This document shows, piece after piece, positions 19,240-29,403 of a stretch of DNA of 64,000 bases. The position numbers and the translations under genes are program-made. The DNA is from Candidatus Latescibacterota bacterium (GTDB lineage: Bacteria; Latescibacterota; UBA2968): assembly GCA_965222605.1 (NCBI GenBank), contig OZ244960.1, positions 3,776,001 through 3,840,000 of the forward strand, in the 5' to 3' direction. The stretch's first letter is position 1, and every line of letters starts with the position of its first letter. Under the pieces are notes generated by a model that saw only the letters and a program-made list of their open reading frames with translations, was not told where the DNA came from and did not search any database.

Positions 19240-19301
19240 GTAGGGGCGAGGCATGCCTCGCCCGTGTCCGTCATCGCGGCAAGGTTTTAGCCGCGATCCA
19301 G
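19240..19301 (+). repeat. GTAG REP followed by a CGTC-type REP
   Basis: GTAGGGGCGAGGCATGCCTCGCCC, identical at 36607-36630; CGTCATCGCGGC...GCCGCGATCCAG hairpin at 19269-19301. Confidence 0.8.
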
Positions 19302-19723
19302 TGGTTTTGATTGCTATTTTTTAAAAGCTCTGTGAGTTCTATGAATCCAAATAGTTGTCCTGTTACATACTTTAACAAATTTTTCGTTGACAAGGTTGTT
19401 TTAACTCTATTATTTATATCCGCTTACGCTTAATATAATGTTTTAGAAATTCTTATTTTGAGCGTTTTGTTCGATAAGATTTTTGAATGCACATTTTTTC
19501 ATAAAACATTGTTTTGTAATGAAATATATGTAATTCTGGGTCTGTTGAGATTATTTTTTGCACGCAAAAACGCAAGATAATTTCGATTTTCAACATGGTC
19601 TTAAATGCTTTTTTTGAGGACTAATTTGCTTTGCCGTGTACTTTATAAATCGCTTGTCTTGCCTTTTATTGGGCATTATACTATTCCCTCTTTTTAGCTC
19701 ACTCCAAACCGAAGGAGGCACTT

Positions 19724-20539
19724 TTGAAAAGATTTTTAGTTTTGTACGCCGGGGTTTTCTTATTTGCTGTATCTTCCGCCGATGCCCGCGATGCAGACCT
19801 GTGGGCTATTGGCGGATTGGTGAACTATCATCAGCCAACGGGTCCTTTGAGCGGCTGGTACGCTGGTGATTTGAAGTTCGGCTTGAATGTGAGTTATGTG
19901 GTTTCTCCGCGTTTGACCACAGAGGTGGAGTATCACTACTCGAAGTTTCGCAAGTCAAATCTGCCCGGTCGCACGTTCGAATATAGAGGTCGTCAGGTCT
20001 CAAGCCCTGAGGCCGATTCAGAGATGACCTGGAATAGCGTGGCCTCGAACTGGCTGTGGTTTTTCAGGGAAAATGCCGAGACAATGTCCGAACGGAAGTG
20101 GTCGCCTTATCTGGGTTTGGGGCTTGGTTTTTACGATTATAGCCACAAGGTGAAGCATGGCTTGATTATCCCAACCAATCCCAATATTCCCAATGAGGTG
20201 GATGATGGACGCGTGCAAGTTCTGCTGGTGTATCCCGGCAGTCCGGACTTAGATGCTTCGACTATGACCGAAGCGCAAAAGAACAGCATTGGTCTGATTG
20301 TCAATGGCCAGGTGTTATTGTATGGGAAGGAACCCACAGAGGATACGCGAACAGCGTGGACAATTCCCGTGAGTGCGGGTTTTGAGGGATCGCTGGGTTC
20401 TTCTTATGGGCTTGATTTTCGCGTGCGCTACAATCTTATCTTTGGCGAGGTCAATCCATTGACCGCCTGGGATTTGCACAAGGCGTTTCCAATAGGGACA
20501 GTGGATGCTGGTGTGAGTTTTAAATATTATTTCGAGTAA
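19724..20539 (+). CDS. Outer-membrane beta-barrel protein (OmpA/OmpW-like barrel)
   Basis: GGAGG plus TTG start, signal peptide, SPYLGLGLG, terminal GVSFKYYF. Confidence 0.75.
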   Translation: MKRFLVLYAGVFLFAVSSADARDADLWAIGGLVNYHQPTGPLSGWYAGDLKFGLNVSYVVSPRLTTEVEYHYSKFRKSNLPGRTFEYRGRQVSSPEADSEMTWNSVASNWLWFFRENAETMSERKWSPYLGLGLGFYDYSHKVKHGLIIPTNPNIPNEVDDGRVQVLLVYPGSPDLDASTMTEAQKNSIGLIVNGQVLLYGKEPTEDTRTAWTIPVSAGFEGSLGSSYGLDFRVRYNLIFGEVNPLTAWDLHKAFPIGTVDAGVSFKYYFE

Positions 20540-20609
20540 TGAGCGATTCAGTTCTTCAGTATGAATGAACTGGACAATCCCACTCACCATTTTTTATGGA
20601 GGGTCGTAA

Positions 20610-23600
20610 ATGAGCAAGCGACTATTGTGTTGTTTGGGTCTGTTGAGTGCTCTGGTGATCAGCACCGGGTTGGCCTACGCGGGCACTACGGGTAAAATCA
20701 GTGGACGGATCACTGAGGCTACAGGTGGTCCACTGCCCGGTGCCAATGTGGTGATCGATATCGATGGCGTGAAACGCGCCGGGATCACCGATGAGAACGG
20801 CGAATACTTCATCATTAATATTCCACCAGGGGTCTATGATATTGAAACGGTGATGATGGGGTATTCAAAGTCTGTTCGCACAGGTGTGATAGTCAATGTT
20901 GACCATACCACGACGTTGAACTTCGAGATGCAGGAAGAAGCGCTGCAATTGGGCGAGATGATCGTCGTTGCCGAGCGTCCGCCGGTGGAGCACGACAAGA
21001 CGGAGAGTAAGTCCGTTATTACGGCAGAGGAAATCGAGTCGTTGCCGATTATCCGAGAAATGTCGGACTTTGTGGAGTTGCAGGCGGGCGTGACCCCCGA
21101 TGACGCAGAGAGCGTTCGCGGCGGCAATTTCTGGGAGACGGCGTATATGGTTGACGGGGTGCGCGTGGTGAACAACGATGGCCGCGCCGGATTTACGCGG
21201 TTTCAGGGCGTGAACACGAGTGCCGTGCAAGAACTGACGGTGTTGAGTGGTGGGATGAACGCGGAGTATGGCAATGCGGGTTCTATCGTTTCGGTGGTGA
21301 CCAAAGAAGGTGGTCAAAGGTACACGGGTAGGGGTGAATATCGCATTACGCCTCCTGGACAAAAGCACTGGGGCAACAATGTGTATGAATCGCCCGTGCA
21401 TCGCGGCAGGATGCAGTGGGGCAATAGCGAGTGGGAAAACTTGCAAGCGTGGTACCCGGGTCCCGATGGTATCCTGGGATACGACAATCAGACGGGAGAG
21501 ATAACTGATCCTCAGTTTGCCGCCGACGATGTTCAGCGCAAAGTTCATATCCGTCAGGATTACACGGGTGTGTGGGGCGGTCGCGGCGAAGCAATGCTGG
21601 GCGGCCCGATTATGAAGAAGATGGGCTTCACGCTGACGTCTTCGATGAATCGCAATCCATCGTCTTTGCCCGCGCCCACGGCGGTATCATTGTTCAATAA
21701 CCGCACGAACTTAAAGCTGACATATCGCCCGGGTAACAACGTCAAATTTAACTATGGTTCTCTGTTCAATCATCGGTCGCGGTACAATGCGGGCGTTATT
21801 CGGCGCATTGAACAGGGGTCGCGCAAGAATATGAACTCTTCTGGTCGCAACCTCTTTGTGCCCTCGGAATACTCGGGAGCGGGCAAGCGGCGCACGCGCG
21901 ATTTTTTGAATTACGCGTCTTTGACGCACACGCTATCAGCGCGCACCTTTTACGAAATTCGGTTCTCGTATTCCCGCACATCTGAAGTGAATACGGAACT
22001 GCCTTTCAATACAGATCAGCCTTATATCGAGCCGGGTATTGGCAATGACTCTGGCTGGTTTTACGTTGGCCGCCCGGTGGTGAACTGGACAAATTCAGAG
22101 CGCGATCGCTATCAGCTCAAGGTCGATTATTCGAGCCAGGTGACCAAGGGGCACTTCATCAAAACGGGTGTTGACTTTTTGTTCTACGACAACTGGGGTT
22201 TTACGCGCAACAAAAACGACTTCAGGGGTTTGATTGAGCAGTATTACAGCCAGTTCAACAATCCCAATGTCGGTGTGGTGCCGCGCCAGTATGCCGTGTA
22301 TTTCCAGGACAAGATGGAGTTTGAAGGAATTGTGGTGAATGTGGGCTTGCGCGGGTTGCGCTGGAGCCCGAATACCGAGATGCCGCAGGCAGCGTATTTT
22401 ATCCCATTTTACAAATATCACGATCCGACAAAGGTCGAGGGCATTCCGACCTATCGTCCGGAATCAATCCATGTGTTTTCGCCGCGCGTGGGTGTGTCTC
22501 ATCCGATTACGGAGAGCAGCGCGATGCACTTCACCTTTGGCAAGTTTGAACAAATCGAGCAATTCTGGTGGATTTTCTCACACAGCTACCGCACCGAAGA
22601 AGAGTTTCTGGATATAAACCAGAATGGTCGGATTGATGAGTCTGAGATAAACAACTCACTGGATGTTGTAGATGCGGGGCAGTGGGGATGGCCGAAGATC
22701 AAGCCACTCGTGACCACGAGTTTTGAAGTGGGTGCAGACTGGAACTTCATCACGGATTATACGGCTGGCTTGACGGCGTATTACAAGCAACAGGTCTTCC
22801 GCCGCAGCGGCGGCGCTTACGGGATGCAAGAGCAGGGTTTGCAGCACAACCGAACCGTGCGAGCATCGGGTCAGACGAATAACCGGGACACGCGCGGCTT
22901 TGAGTTGTCGGTAAAAAAGAAATTCAACTACATGACGGCGTTCACGATTGCCTACAATGTGCAGTGGGTTGAAAATGGTCAGTCTGGTGTTCGCGGCAAT
23001 CACTATATCAATGCAGACAGACTGGCGACAAAGAATCCGTCGAACTTTGGCAACTATGCCGGTTATATCGACAATGATGGCAACTTTTTGTCGCATTACT
23101 GGTATGAGTGGACACACGATTCCAATGGCGACGGTGATTTTATTGGCGAGGGTGTTGTTGGTCCCGGTATTGTCAATGGCAGCGATACGGGCGAAGAGTT
23201 CCCGCGGCCCATGGATGGCATTACGCGCTTTGAACGGGCACGATCCTTTGGCAGCTCGGCGCGCAATCAGATCGAACAGATCGAAGATGGTGTTGGGCGC
23301 AATAACTGGTCGCTGGATAATGAAAACAGCCTGATCAACTGGGATGGCAAAGGTGGCTCGACCTGGTTGCAGCGCAACAACCAGTCTCAGGAGTTTCGGC
23401 CTGCCAACCTGAATCGCACCAATTTTGGCACGGTGACCTTTATGTTTTCCTCGCCCGGAAAATTTGGGCCGCGGTTTGTGGGTTTCCATCCGTTTGAAAA
23501 TCTGCGCCTGAATGCGGTGTATCGCCTGTTCACGGGGCGCAGATTTTTCTATTCACCCCCAGAAAAAGGCGGCGAAGGGTTCTACAATGGCCCGATCCAC

Positions 23601-23885
23601 ACGCGTACAGATATCAACTTTGAGAAGACATTTAAATTCAACAGGCGCGCGAGCCTGACGACTTTCTTCGAAGCCTTTAATCTGTTCAACCAGAAAGATC
23701 CGCACATCAGTTATCGCGTGGATAATCAGTTGGTGGAAGTGGGTGCCGAGTACGTGGAATGGGGTGTGATTTACACGCCATTGCCGGACAATCCCGAATA
23801 TATCCAGTATGGCGATGTGGGTGACTATCTGCGCCAACAGGATTCACCTCGCGAGTTCCACTTTGGTTTGCGGATGAAATTCTAA
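20610..23885 (+). CDS. TonB-dependent receptor
   Basis: GTTGKISG N-domain, VRGG and GGMNAEYGN plug, QDKMEFEGIVVNVGLR, terminal GLRMKF. Confidence 0.9.
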   Translation: MSKRLLCCLGLLSALVISTGLAYAGTTGKISGRITEATGGPLPGANVVIDIDGVKRAGITDENGEYFIINIPPGVYDIETVMMGYSKSVRTGVIVNVDHTTTLNFEMQEEALQLGEMIVVAERPPVEHDKTESKSVITAEEIESLPIIREMSDFVELQAGVTPDDAESVRGGNFWETAYMVDGVRVVNNDGRAGFTRFQGVNTSAVQELTVLSGGMNAEYGNAGSIVSVVTKEGGQRYTGRGEYRITPPGQKHWGNNVYESPVHRGRMQWGNSEWENLQAWYPGPDGILGYDNQTGEITDPQFAADDVQRKVHIRQDYTGVWGGRGEAMLGGPIMKKMGFTLTSSMNRNPSSLPAPTAVSLFNNRTNLKLTYRPGNNVKFNYGSLFNHRSRYNAGVIRRIEQGSRKNMNSSGRNLFVPSEYSGAGKRRTRDFLNYASLTHTLSARTFYEIRFSYSRTSEVNTELPFNTDQPYIEPGIGNDSGWFYVGRPVVNWTNSERDRYQLKVDYSSQVTKGHFIKTGVDFLFYDNWGFTRNKNDFRGLIEQYYSQFNNPNVGVVPRQYAVYFQDKMEFEGIVVNVGLRGLRWSPNTEMPQAAYFIPFYKYHDPTKVEGIPTYRPESIHVFSPRVGVSHPITESSAMHFTFGKFEQIEQFWWIFSHSYRTEEEFLDINQNGRIDESEINNSLDVVDAGQWGWPKIKPLVTTSFEVGADWNFITDYTAGLTAYYKQQVFRRSGGAYGMQEQGLQHNRTVRASGQTNNRDTRGFELSVKKKFNYMTAFTIAYNVQWVENGQSGVRGNHYINADRLATKNPSNFGNYAGYIDNDGNFLSHYWYEWTHDSNGDGDFIGEGVVGPGIVNGSDTGEEFPRPMDGITRFERARSFGSSARNQIEQIEDGVGRNNWSLDNENSLINWDGKGGSTWLQRNNQSQEFRPANLNRTNFGTVTFMFSSPGKFGPRFVGFHPFENLRLNAVYRLFTGRRFFYSPPEKGGEGFYNGPIHTRTDINFEKTFKFNRRASLTTFFEAFNLFNQKDPHISYRVDNQLVEVGAEYVEWGVIYTPLPDNPEYIQYGDVGDYLRQQDSPREFHFGLRMKF

Positions 23886-23957
23886 AGCTTAGCTTTCAGC
23901 GGTCAGCAGTCAGTGGAAAAGCCGATTGCTGACCGCTATTTAATAAGGAGTTAGCTT

Positions 23958-26702
23958 ATGCAACGGATATTTAAGAGATTTACGCGGGTGTTGCTCGCCT
24001 TTGTGGTGCTGTGGGGTGCATCGGAGTTGTGGACAGTGATCGATGCCGACGCGCAGCAGCGCACGCGCCGCCGCACAAGCGCACGCGCGAAAGTCTGGTT
24101 GTCAATGCGCAACAATGGCACCCTGGGGCACTCGCTGGATGGTGGCAGCACCTTTGGTGTTGAAGTGGGCATGAATTATCCCGCGCGGTGGGCCTCGACC
24201 TATGCGTCTGGCATTATAGGCCGCGTGAATCGGCCGGACAATTCGCGGGGCAATGGCGTGTGGGTGATGGCGCGCACAGATGACGGACGCAAGTTCGTAT
24301 CTCAAGGAGGCCCCCGCCAGCCGACCGCAGACATTTTTCCGATCCAGCACAATCCGCGCAACAATATCGAGAGCATTGGGCCGATCTGGCGGTCTGTGTG
24401 GCGTACTGGTGCTCGTCCATTTAACCTGTACAATTACGCACAGAGTGCCGCACTGTACTGGCCCCGCATGAGAAATATGAAGATCACGCACAATTTTGTG
24501 AATGGCGAGCCTGTGGAATACCAGTATGCTGTCGGTACTTATGGTGGCCTGGGACAACGCGGTTTTCCACCAGGGCCAGAAAAAGTGGAGCCAATGGATT
24601 ATTACAACTGGGGCTATGGGTTTTATCCGCTGAACAAAGAGGCATTCAAGCAGATGCTGGTGTCTTCTTATAAAACGCCTCGCGCCGGGTTGAATCAGAT
24701 GCGGTCAAATGGCGTCAAGCCCAATAATCCGCGCTTGTCGCCCGAGTTGTTCAGTGAGAATACGATGGTGACGGGCTGGTCGCAGGCTTCGGGTATTACG
24801 GTGAAGCGGATGATCCATGCGTATTCCACGCCGGGCGCGGATAATGATGTGATGATCCCCGTACCAACTCCTAAAGGCAAGCAATCTTCGATTATGACCA
24901 CGGGGGATTACGATGACTTTTTGCTCACGGAGATGGAGTTCTGGAATAATGGGGATACAGATGGCGATGGCAAGGCAGACGCCGGATATCCCAAACAACT
25001 CGACGAAGTTTATATTGTGGTCAAAAACGCATTCGTCACCAGCAGGACCGGTGCTGAGTGGGTGCCTGCTGGCGGATCGAACTCGAATGCGTGGAATTTC
25101 GTTCAGCCCTCGACGCAAGACGATTACTGGCGCTATACGCAGGCGGAGAATTACGAGCATCCGGAATATGCCTACAACTACAAGGGTGCGCCTATGCACC
25201 TGACGTATGTGTATGATGGCGATGCCGTTGCGCGATTGTGGAATGACTACGGAGAGCCTTATACCCGGTCCCGCGCCCAGCATCAGTACGTGTCAACGTC
25301 CAATTTTAAGGATGGCACTTTGCTTTCTCCGCAGTATTTCGGCATGATGCCCATTGCGACTGGCACATCCGATCATCCGTTTAATGCACTGGACCGCAAA
25401 GGCGGTTATGTGAGGCCGCAAGGTCCACAGCCGCACACCGTGCTCAGGTGGCACATGTATTCTTCGGCTCTGGGCGATGATCCCCATGGGGGCACACACG
25501 GCGAGAATCAATTGTTTGACATATACAGCGATGCTGCCGGGCAGGTCGGAGAAAATGAGACCGACCGGATGGTTCAGAGCCACGACAATGACGAATTGGG
25601 TGCGTGGATCGATGCACAGGTTTATGGTCCTTATACCCTGGGTCTTGGCGACAAAGCCAAAGTGGTGATTGCTTATGTGGGGGGTATGGCGCCCAATTCG
25701 GCCAAGTATCGCATGGATACCGGGAATTATGCGCGTCCCTACGAGTGGAATTGGCAGCAACAGAGCCTGGTCAATGAATTGGAATTGGGTCTGGAAGCGA
25801 TCCATGCACACGGCAATGAAGCGCAAAAGCTGTATGACCTGGGCTTTGACGGGCTTAACCAACCGCCCGATGTGAAGGTTAATGGGCTGACGAACTTAAA
25901 CGGCAATATCGAACTGAACTGGTCTGGTGTTGCCGATACGGCGATCGATCCAGATCTGGGGCGTCCCGATGTGCTGGGTTATCGGATCTATCGCTCTGAT
26001 TTTATGCGGGCCGGGCCGTGGGAATTGCTGGCGACGATCCCCAAAGCTGAGGGACCCGAAGGCGAACGCCAGTTGCTCGCAGGTGCGCCCGCAGGTGCTG
26101 CTTTTCTCAATCAGCCCTGGGCAGAAGGTCAGGAGGATCCTGCCGAAGCCGAGGTCGATGGTCCCTTCCGCTGGGGCACCTATCAGTTTATCGATCCAGA
26201 ACCCGATATCGGTTTTATTCACCACTATTCGGTACGCGCTTATGACGAGCAGGGCCTGGAAACCGGACATTCTGATCAGCGCAATCAGTACTTATGGCCG
26301 GTCGGTGGCGTTGTACCTCGTTTGACCTCTGCATTGCTCAACCATGAAAACGAAACCATGTCGCTGCCGATTCGGGTGGTGCCCAACCCCTGGGTACAGG
26401 GCAGGGATGAGCACAGCTATGGCGCGCCTCGCATCCGGTGGGTCAATGTGCCGAGCAGGTGTACGCTGTACATTTATACGCTGACGGGCGATCTGGCATG
26501 GCGCCAGACTTTTGATACGCTCGACCCTCAGCGGGGCAATCCGGTGGCGCGCGGCGAGATCGAGTGGGATACGCACACGGTGGGTTTGAATGCCAATACG
26601 CGCGGTCGTCTCAATGCCGGTACGTATATCTGGGCGATTGAGTCGCACCATCCCGCGAGTGAGGGGCAGATCCAGAAGGGTCTGTTTGTGATTGTCAATT
26701 GA
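23958..26702 (+). CDS. Large secreted protein with FN3-like region and T9SS-type C-terminal domain
   Basis: Signal peptide; IELNW...GYRIYRS...YSVRAYD; C-terminal IRVVPNPW...IYTLTGDL...W...GTYIW...GLFVIVN. Confidence 0.78.
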   Translation: MQRIFKRFTRVLLAFVVLWGASELWTVIDADAQQRTRRRTSARAKVWLSMRNNGTLGHSLDGGSTFGVEVGMNYPARWASTYASGIIGRVNRPDNSRGNGVWVMARTDDGRKFVSQGGPRQPTADIFPIQHNPRNNIESIGPIWRSVWRTGARPFNLYNYAQSAALYWPRMRNMKITHNFVNGEPVEYQYAVGTYGGLGQRGFPPGPEKVEPMDYYNWGYGFYPLNKEAFKQMLVSSYKTPRAGLNQMRSNGVKPNNPRLSPELFSENTMVTGWSQASGITVKRMIHAYSTPGADNDVMIPVPTPKGKQSSIMTTGDYDDFLLTEMEFWNNGDTDGDGKADAGYPKQLDEVYIVVKNAFVTSRTGAEWVPAGGSNSNAWNFVQPSTQDDYWRYTQAENYEHPEYAYNYKGAPMHLTYVYDGDAVARLWNDYGEPYTRSRAQHQYVSTSNFKDGTLLSPQYFGMMPIATGTSDHPFNALDRKGGYVRPQGPQPHTVLRWHMYSSALGDDPHGGTHGENQLFDIYSDAAGQVGENETDRMVQSHDNDELGAWIDAQVYGPYTLGLGDKAKVVIAYVGGMAPNSAKYRMDTGNYARPYEWNWQQQSLVNELELGLEAIHAHGNEAQKLYDLGFDGLNQPPDVKVNGLTNLNGNIELNWSGVADTAIDPDLGRPDVLGYRIYRSDFMRAGPWELLATIPKAEGPEGERQLLAGAPAGAAFLNQPWAEGQEDPAEAEVDGPFRWGTYQFIDPEPDIGFIHHYSVRAYDEQGLETGHSDQRNQYLWPVGGVVPRLTSALLNHENETMSLPIRVVPNPWVQGRDEHSYGAPRIRWVNVPSRCTLYIYTLTGDLAWRQTFDTLDPQRGNPVARGEIEWDTHTVGLNANTRGRLNAGTYIWAIESHHPASEGQIQKGLFVIVN

Positions 26703-26728
26703 TCATTGGTCATTATTGAGGAGCAATT

Positions 26729-27736
26729 ATGAAACATTTGATTTGGATAGTAGCTGTCGCGCTTTTTCTCAGCCCTCAAAGTGCCCTGGCCCAGGATGTG
26801 GAAGGCCTCGAGAATCTGGAACCCATAGCTGCGGAAGGGCACTTTCGCTCGGAAGGCGATAAGGGCAACCGCATTGCGCGCAGTGGCTTCGCGCTTTTGA
26901 AGATTTCGGCATCTGCACGCCTGGCAGGTATGGCCGATGCCAATGTGGGCACGTCGCGAGATATTCACTCGATATTCCAGAATGCAGCCGGATTGGTGCA
27001 TATCGACAATATGGCATATCTGGCCTCTTATAACGAGTGGCTGGTGGGCACCAAGATGGGGGCTGGGGGTTTTGCCTATCGCATTCCCGTGGGCGTTGTG
27101 GGTATTGCCTTCCGCACATTTACCTATCCCGATGTGGAAGAGACCACGCCCTTGCAACCCGATGGCACGGGTCGCACTATCCAACTCGGAGATTTTTCGG
27201 TTGCGGCGTCTTTTGCCAAGCAACTGACCGATAAGTTTTCGCTCGGTTTTCGCCTGCGCTATGTGCGGTCACAGCTTCATATCATCAATGTGAGTTCCAC
27301 GACTTTTGACATTGGCACGATCTTTTACACGGGTTTCAAGAGTCTGCGCGTGGGCATGACCATCAGCAACCTGGGTGGCAATAAGGAAGTGCTGACCGAG
27401 GATTATCGCCTGCCGTTTTTCTACAATCTGGCTGTTGCGATGGAATTGCTTGGCAAGCAGGGCGATCCGCTTTATCTGACGGCTGCTTATGAGCATGTGT
27501 TTTTCCGCGATTATGGAGAGCGCGATCACATTGGTGGTGAGTTGTGGATACAAAATCTGCTGGCACTTCGCGCCGGTTATAAGTTCAAGTACGATGTGGA
27601 GAGCTGGAGCGTGGGGGCGGGTGTGAATCTCAGTGTGAGCGAAGAGCGCAAGATTAGTGTGGATGTTTCGTATAGCGATATCGGCGGTGTGATCAAAGAG
27701 CGACCGCTGCGTTTGACGCTTTCGGGAACCTTCTAA
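26729..27736 (+). CDS. PorV/PorQ (UPF0164) family beta-barrel
   Basis: LLKISASARLAGMADA, IFQNAAGL, LALRAGY motifs. Confidence 0.82.
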   Translation: MKHLIWIVAVALFLSPQSALAQDVEGLENLEPIAAEGHFRSEGDKGNRIARSGFALLKISASARLAGMADANVGTSRDIHSIFQNAAGLVHIDNMAYLASYNEWLVGTKMGAGGFAYRIPVGVVGIAFRTFTYPDVEETTPLQPDGTGRTIQLGDFSVAASFAKQLTDKFSLGFRLRYVRSQLHIINVSSTTFDIGTIFYTGFKSLRVGMTISNLGGNKEVLTEDYRLPFFYNLAVAMELLGKQGDPLYLTAAYEHVFFRDYGERDHIGGELWIQNLLALRAGYKFKYDVESWSVGAGVNLSVSEERKISVDVSYSDIGGVIKERPLRLTLSGTF

Positions 27737-27759
27737 AGATGAACAGGAGGAATCACAAG

Positions 27760-29085
27760 ATGCGTAAGTTTTTATTATTTTGTCTGATTGGTGTGTTGGG
27801 CGCGGCGGGATGTACTCGAGATATCCCAACTGAGCCTGCCGAAGAGTGGCGCGGCAGCTACCGGCTGATTTCTGGGACGAATGGTGGAAGTGCCATAGAT
27901 GTTGCGGACCCGCCTCATGGCACGCCCCGGCATATCATTTTTACGGCACCAGCAGCAGATTATGGCACGGTGGTATTTGTGTATAATCCGCCGCTTACAG
28001 CACCGCCAATGGCCTCGGTGACGTATGAGAAGACCATGCGGCATTATTGGCGTTCAGTAGATGGCACGCGCGACCAGCTTCGCATTGAATATGTTCAAAA
28101 CAATAGGGAGCGCATCCGGTTGTCGCTCGGTGCATTTTATATTTGGCAGAGCACTCCCAGGTTGCCGCTGGCCGGTGAATTTCCCAACGATATACGCAAT
28201 GTCTATAACAGTCCGTTTCCGCCGAATGCGTCTCAGGCATTGAACCAGCCCCATACTTTGATACGCCTGCTGCCCGGAGCCGAGGAACATAGTAATGTGA
28301 GGGTGTTGGGTAATGGGCGCATTCGCATTTCGATTGCCAACGATCAGAGGCCAGACAACCGCTCGTTTGATAATCGCAACAACCGAACAGCCATTTGTTT
28401 CCAGAGTCCATGGCCGTGGGAAGATCCCCGCCCCCATCGCATGATGATGTGGGTGCAGGACGGTCAAGGCGTACGCTATGGCATGTATGCCCCCCCGGCT
28501 GATGTGGTTGCCGAACTGGAGGACCATTCGCCACCGTATTCCGGCACATGGTTTTTGCAAGATTCTCATCTCAATGGCACGTGGATGGATCCCGAAGCCC
28601 CATTCCCGAGTATTCCGGCTTCACTGGATATCCAGTGGATACCTGTTCTGGAGCGGCGCAGTCCTCGCCACCGCGCGCCATCTGGCCATGTGCCAGCCGC
28701 TGGCGTGGTGGATCCCCTCGTCGAGAATGGCGTGGTCATAGAACAGGGTTTGGTGGAAATCACGTTTGCCAGGCCGCTTGAGTTTTCCACGCACGCCGAT
28801 GAAGCCCGGTTCTTCAACAGACGCGCGGGATATGTTGTTCAAAATGGCGTGCCCGTGCTCAATGGCACATTGCGGGGTGGTTCGCCTGATGGCGTGAATC
28901 TGACTTATGTGACGGCGTCCGATGTGGATTTCAGCAAAGAGGGCGATATTTTGACCGTGAATCTGACGCAGGGCGGCGGGTCTTATATCCTGCAATACAG
29001 GCAAGCCCCTTTGAATCCTCAGCAACTGGAAGGCTTTGGGGTTGACTCGATTGTTGTGAAGCCCGTTCCGGCAGATTTGTTCTGA
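27760..29085 (+). CDS. Hypothetical lipoprotein
   Basis: AGGAGG RBS, lipobox-like GAAGC. Confidence 0.75.
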   Translation: MRKFLLFCLIGVLGAAGCTRDIPTEPAEEWRGSYRLISGTNGGSAIDVADPPHGTPRHIIFTAPAADYGTVVFVYNPPLTAPPMASVTYEKTMRHYWRSVDGTRDQLRIEYVQNNRERIRLSLGAFYIWQSTPRLPLAGEFPNDIRNVYNSPFPPNASQALNQPHTLIRLLPGAEEHSNVRVLGNGRIRISIANDQRPDNRSFDNRNNRTAICFQSPWPWEDPRPHRMMMWVQDGQGVRYGMYAPPADVVAELEDHSPPYSGTWFLQDSHLNGTWMDPEAPFPSIPASLDIQWIPVLERRSPRHRAPSGHVPAAGVVDPLVENGVVIEQGLVEITFARPLEFSTHADEARFFNRRAGYVVQNGVPVLNGTLRGGSPDGVNLTYVTASDVDFSKEGDILTVNLTQGGGSYILQYRQAPLNPQQLEGFGVDSIVVKPVPADLF

Positions 29086-29095
29086 GAAGAGAGAA

Positions 29096-29141
29096 TTGTA
29101 TAAAGTTGTATAGTGTTGTATATAATTGTATAATTGTATTG
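29096..29141. repeat. TTGTATA short repeats
   Basis: About five TTGTAT(A) units right after the operon. Confidence 0.5.
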
Positions 29142-29171
29142 TTCCATTAGGCATTGTGATATATTTTATAT

Positions 29172-29350
29172 ACTGATGTTACGCATGTCAGGCGTTTTGT
29201 CATGCTGAGCGGAGTGGAACGGAGCCGAAGCATCTGTTCCACCTGCGTTAGTAGTAGATGAACTGCTATCGCAGTTGTACACCGCTCCTTCGACTACGCT
29301 ACGCTCAGAATGACAGGCACATTATATTGTGCCTATGCGTAACGTTCAGT
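29172..29350. mobile_element. MITE-like element containing a REP doublet at 29198-29315
   Basis: Ends ACTGATGTTACGCAT / ATGCGTAACGTTCAGT, TATAT on both flanks. Confidence 0.55.
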
Positions 29351-29403
29351 TATATAGAAGACTTTTATACTATTCCCACTGGGAATTTTCAAGGAGGTTT
29401 GCT

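Noticed and set aside
23893-23938. TCAGCGGTCAGCAGTCAG...TTGCTGACCGCT hairpin as an ncRNA
   Set aside because: It looks like a common heptamer-type intergenic repeat or mRNA-stabilising stem, with no further support.
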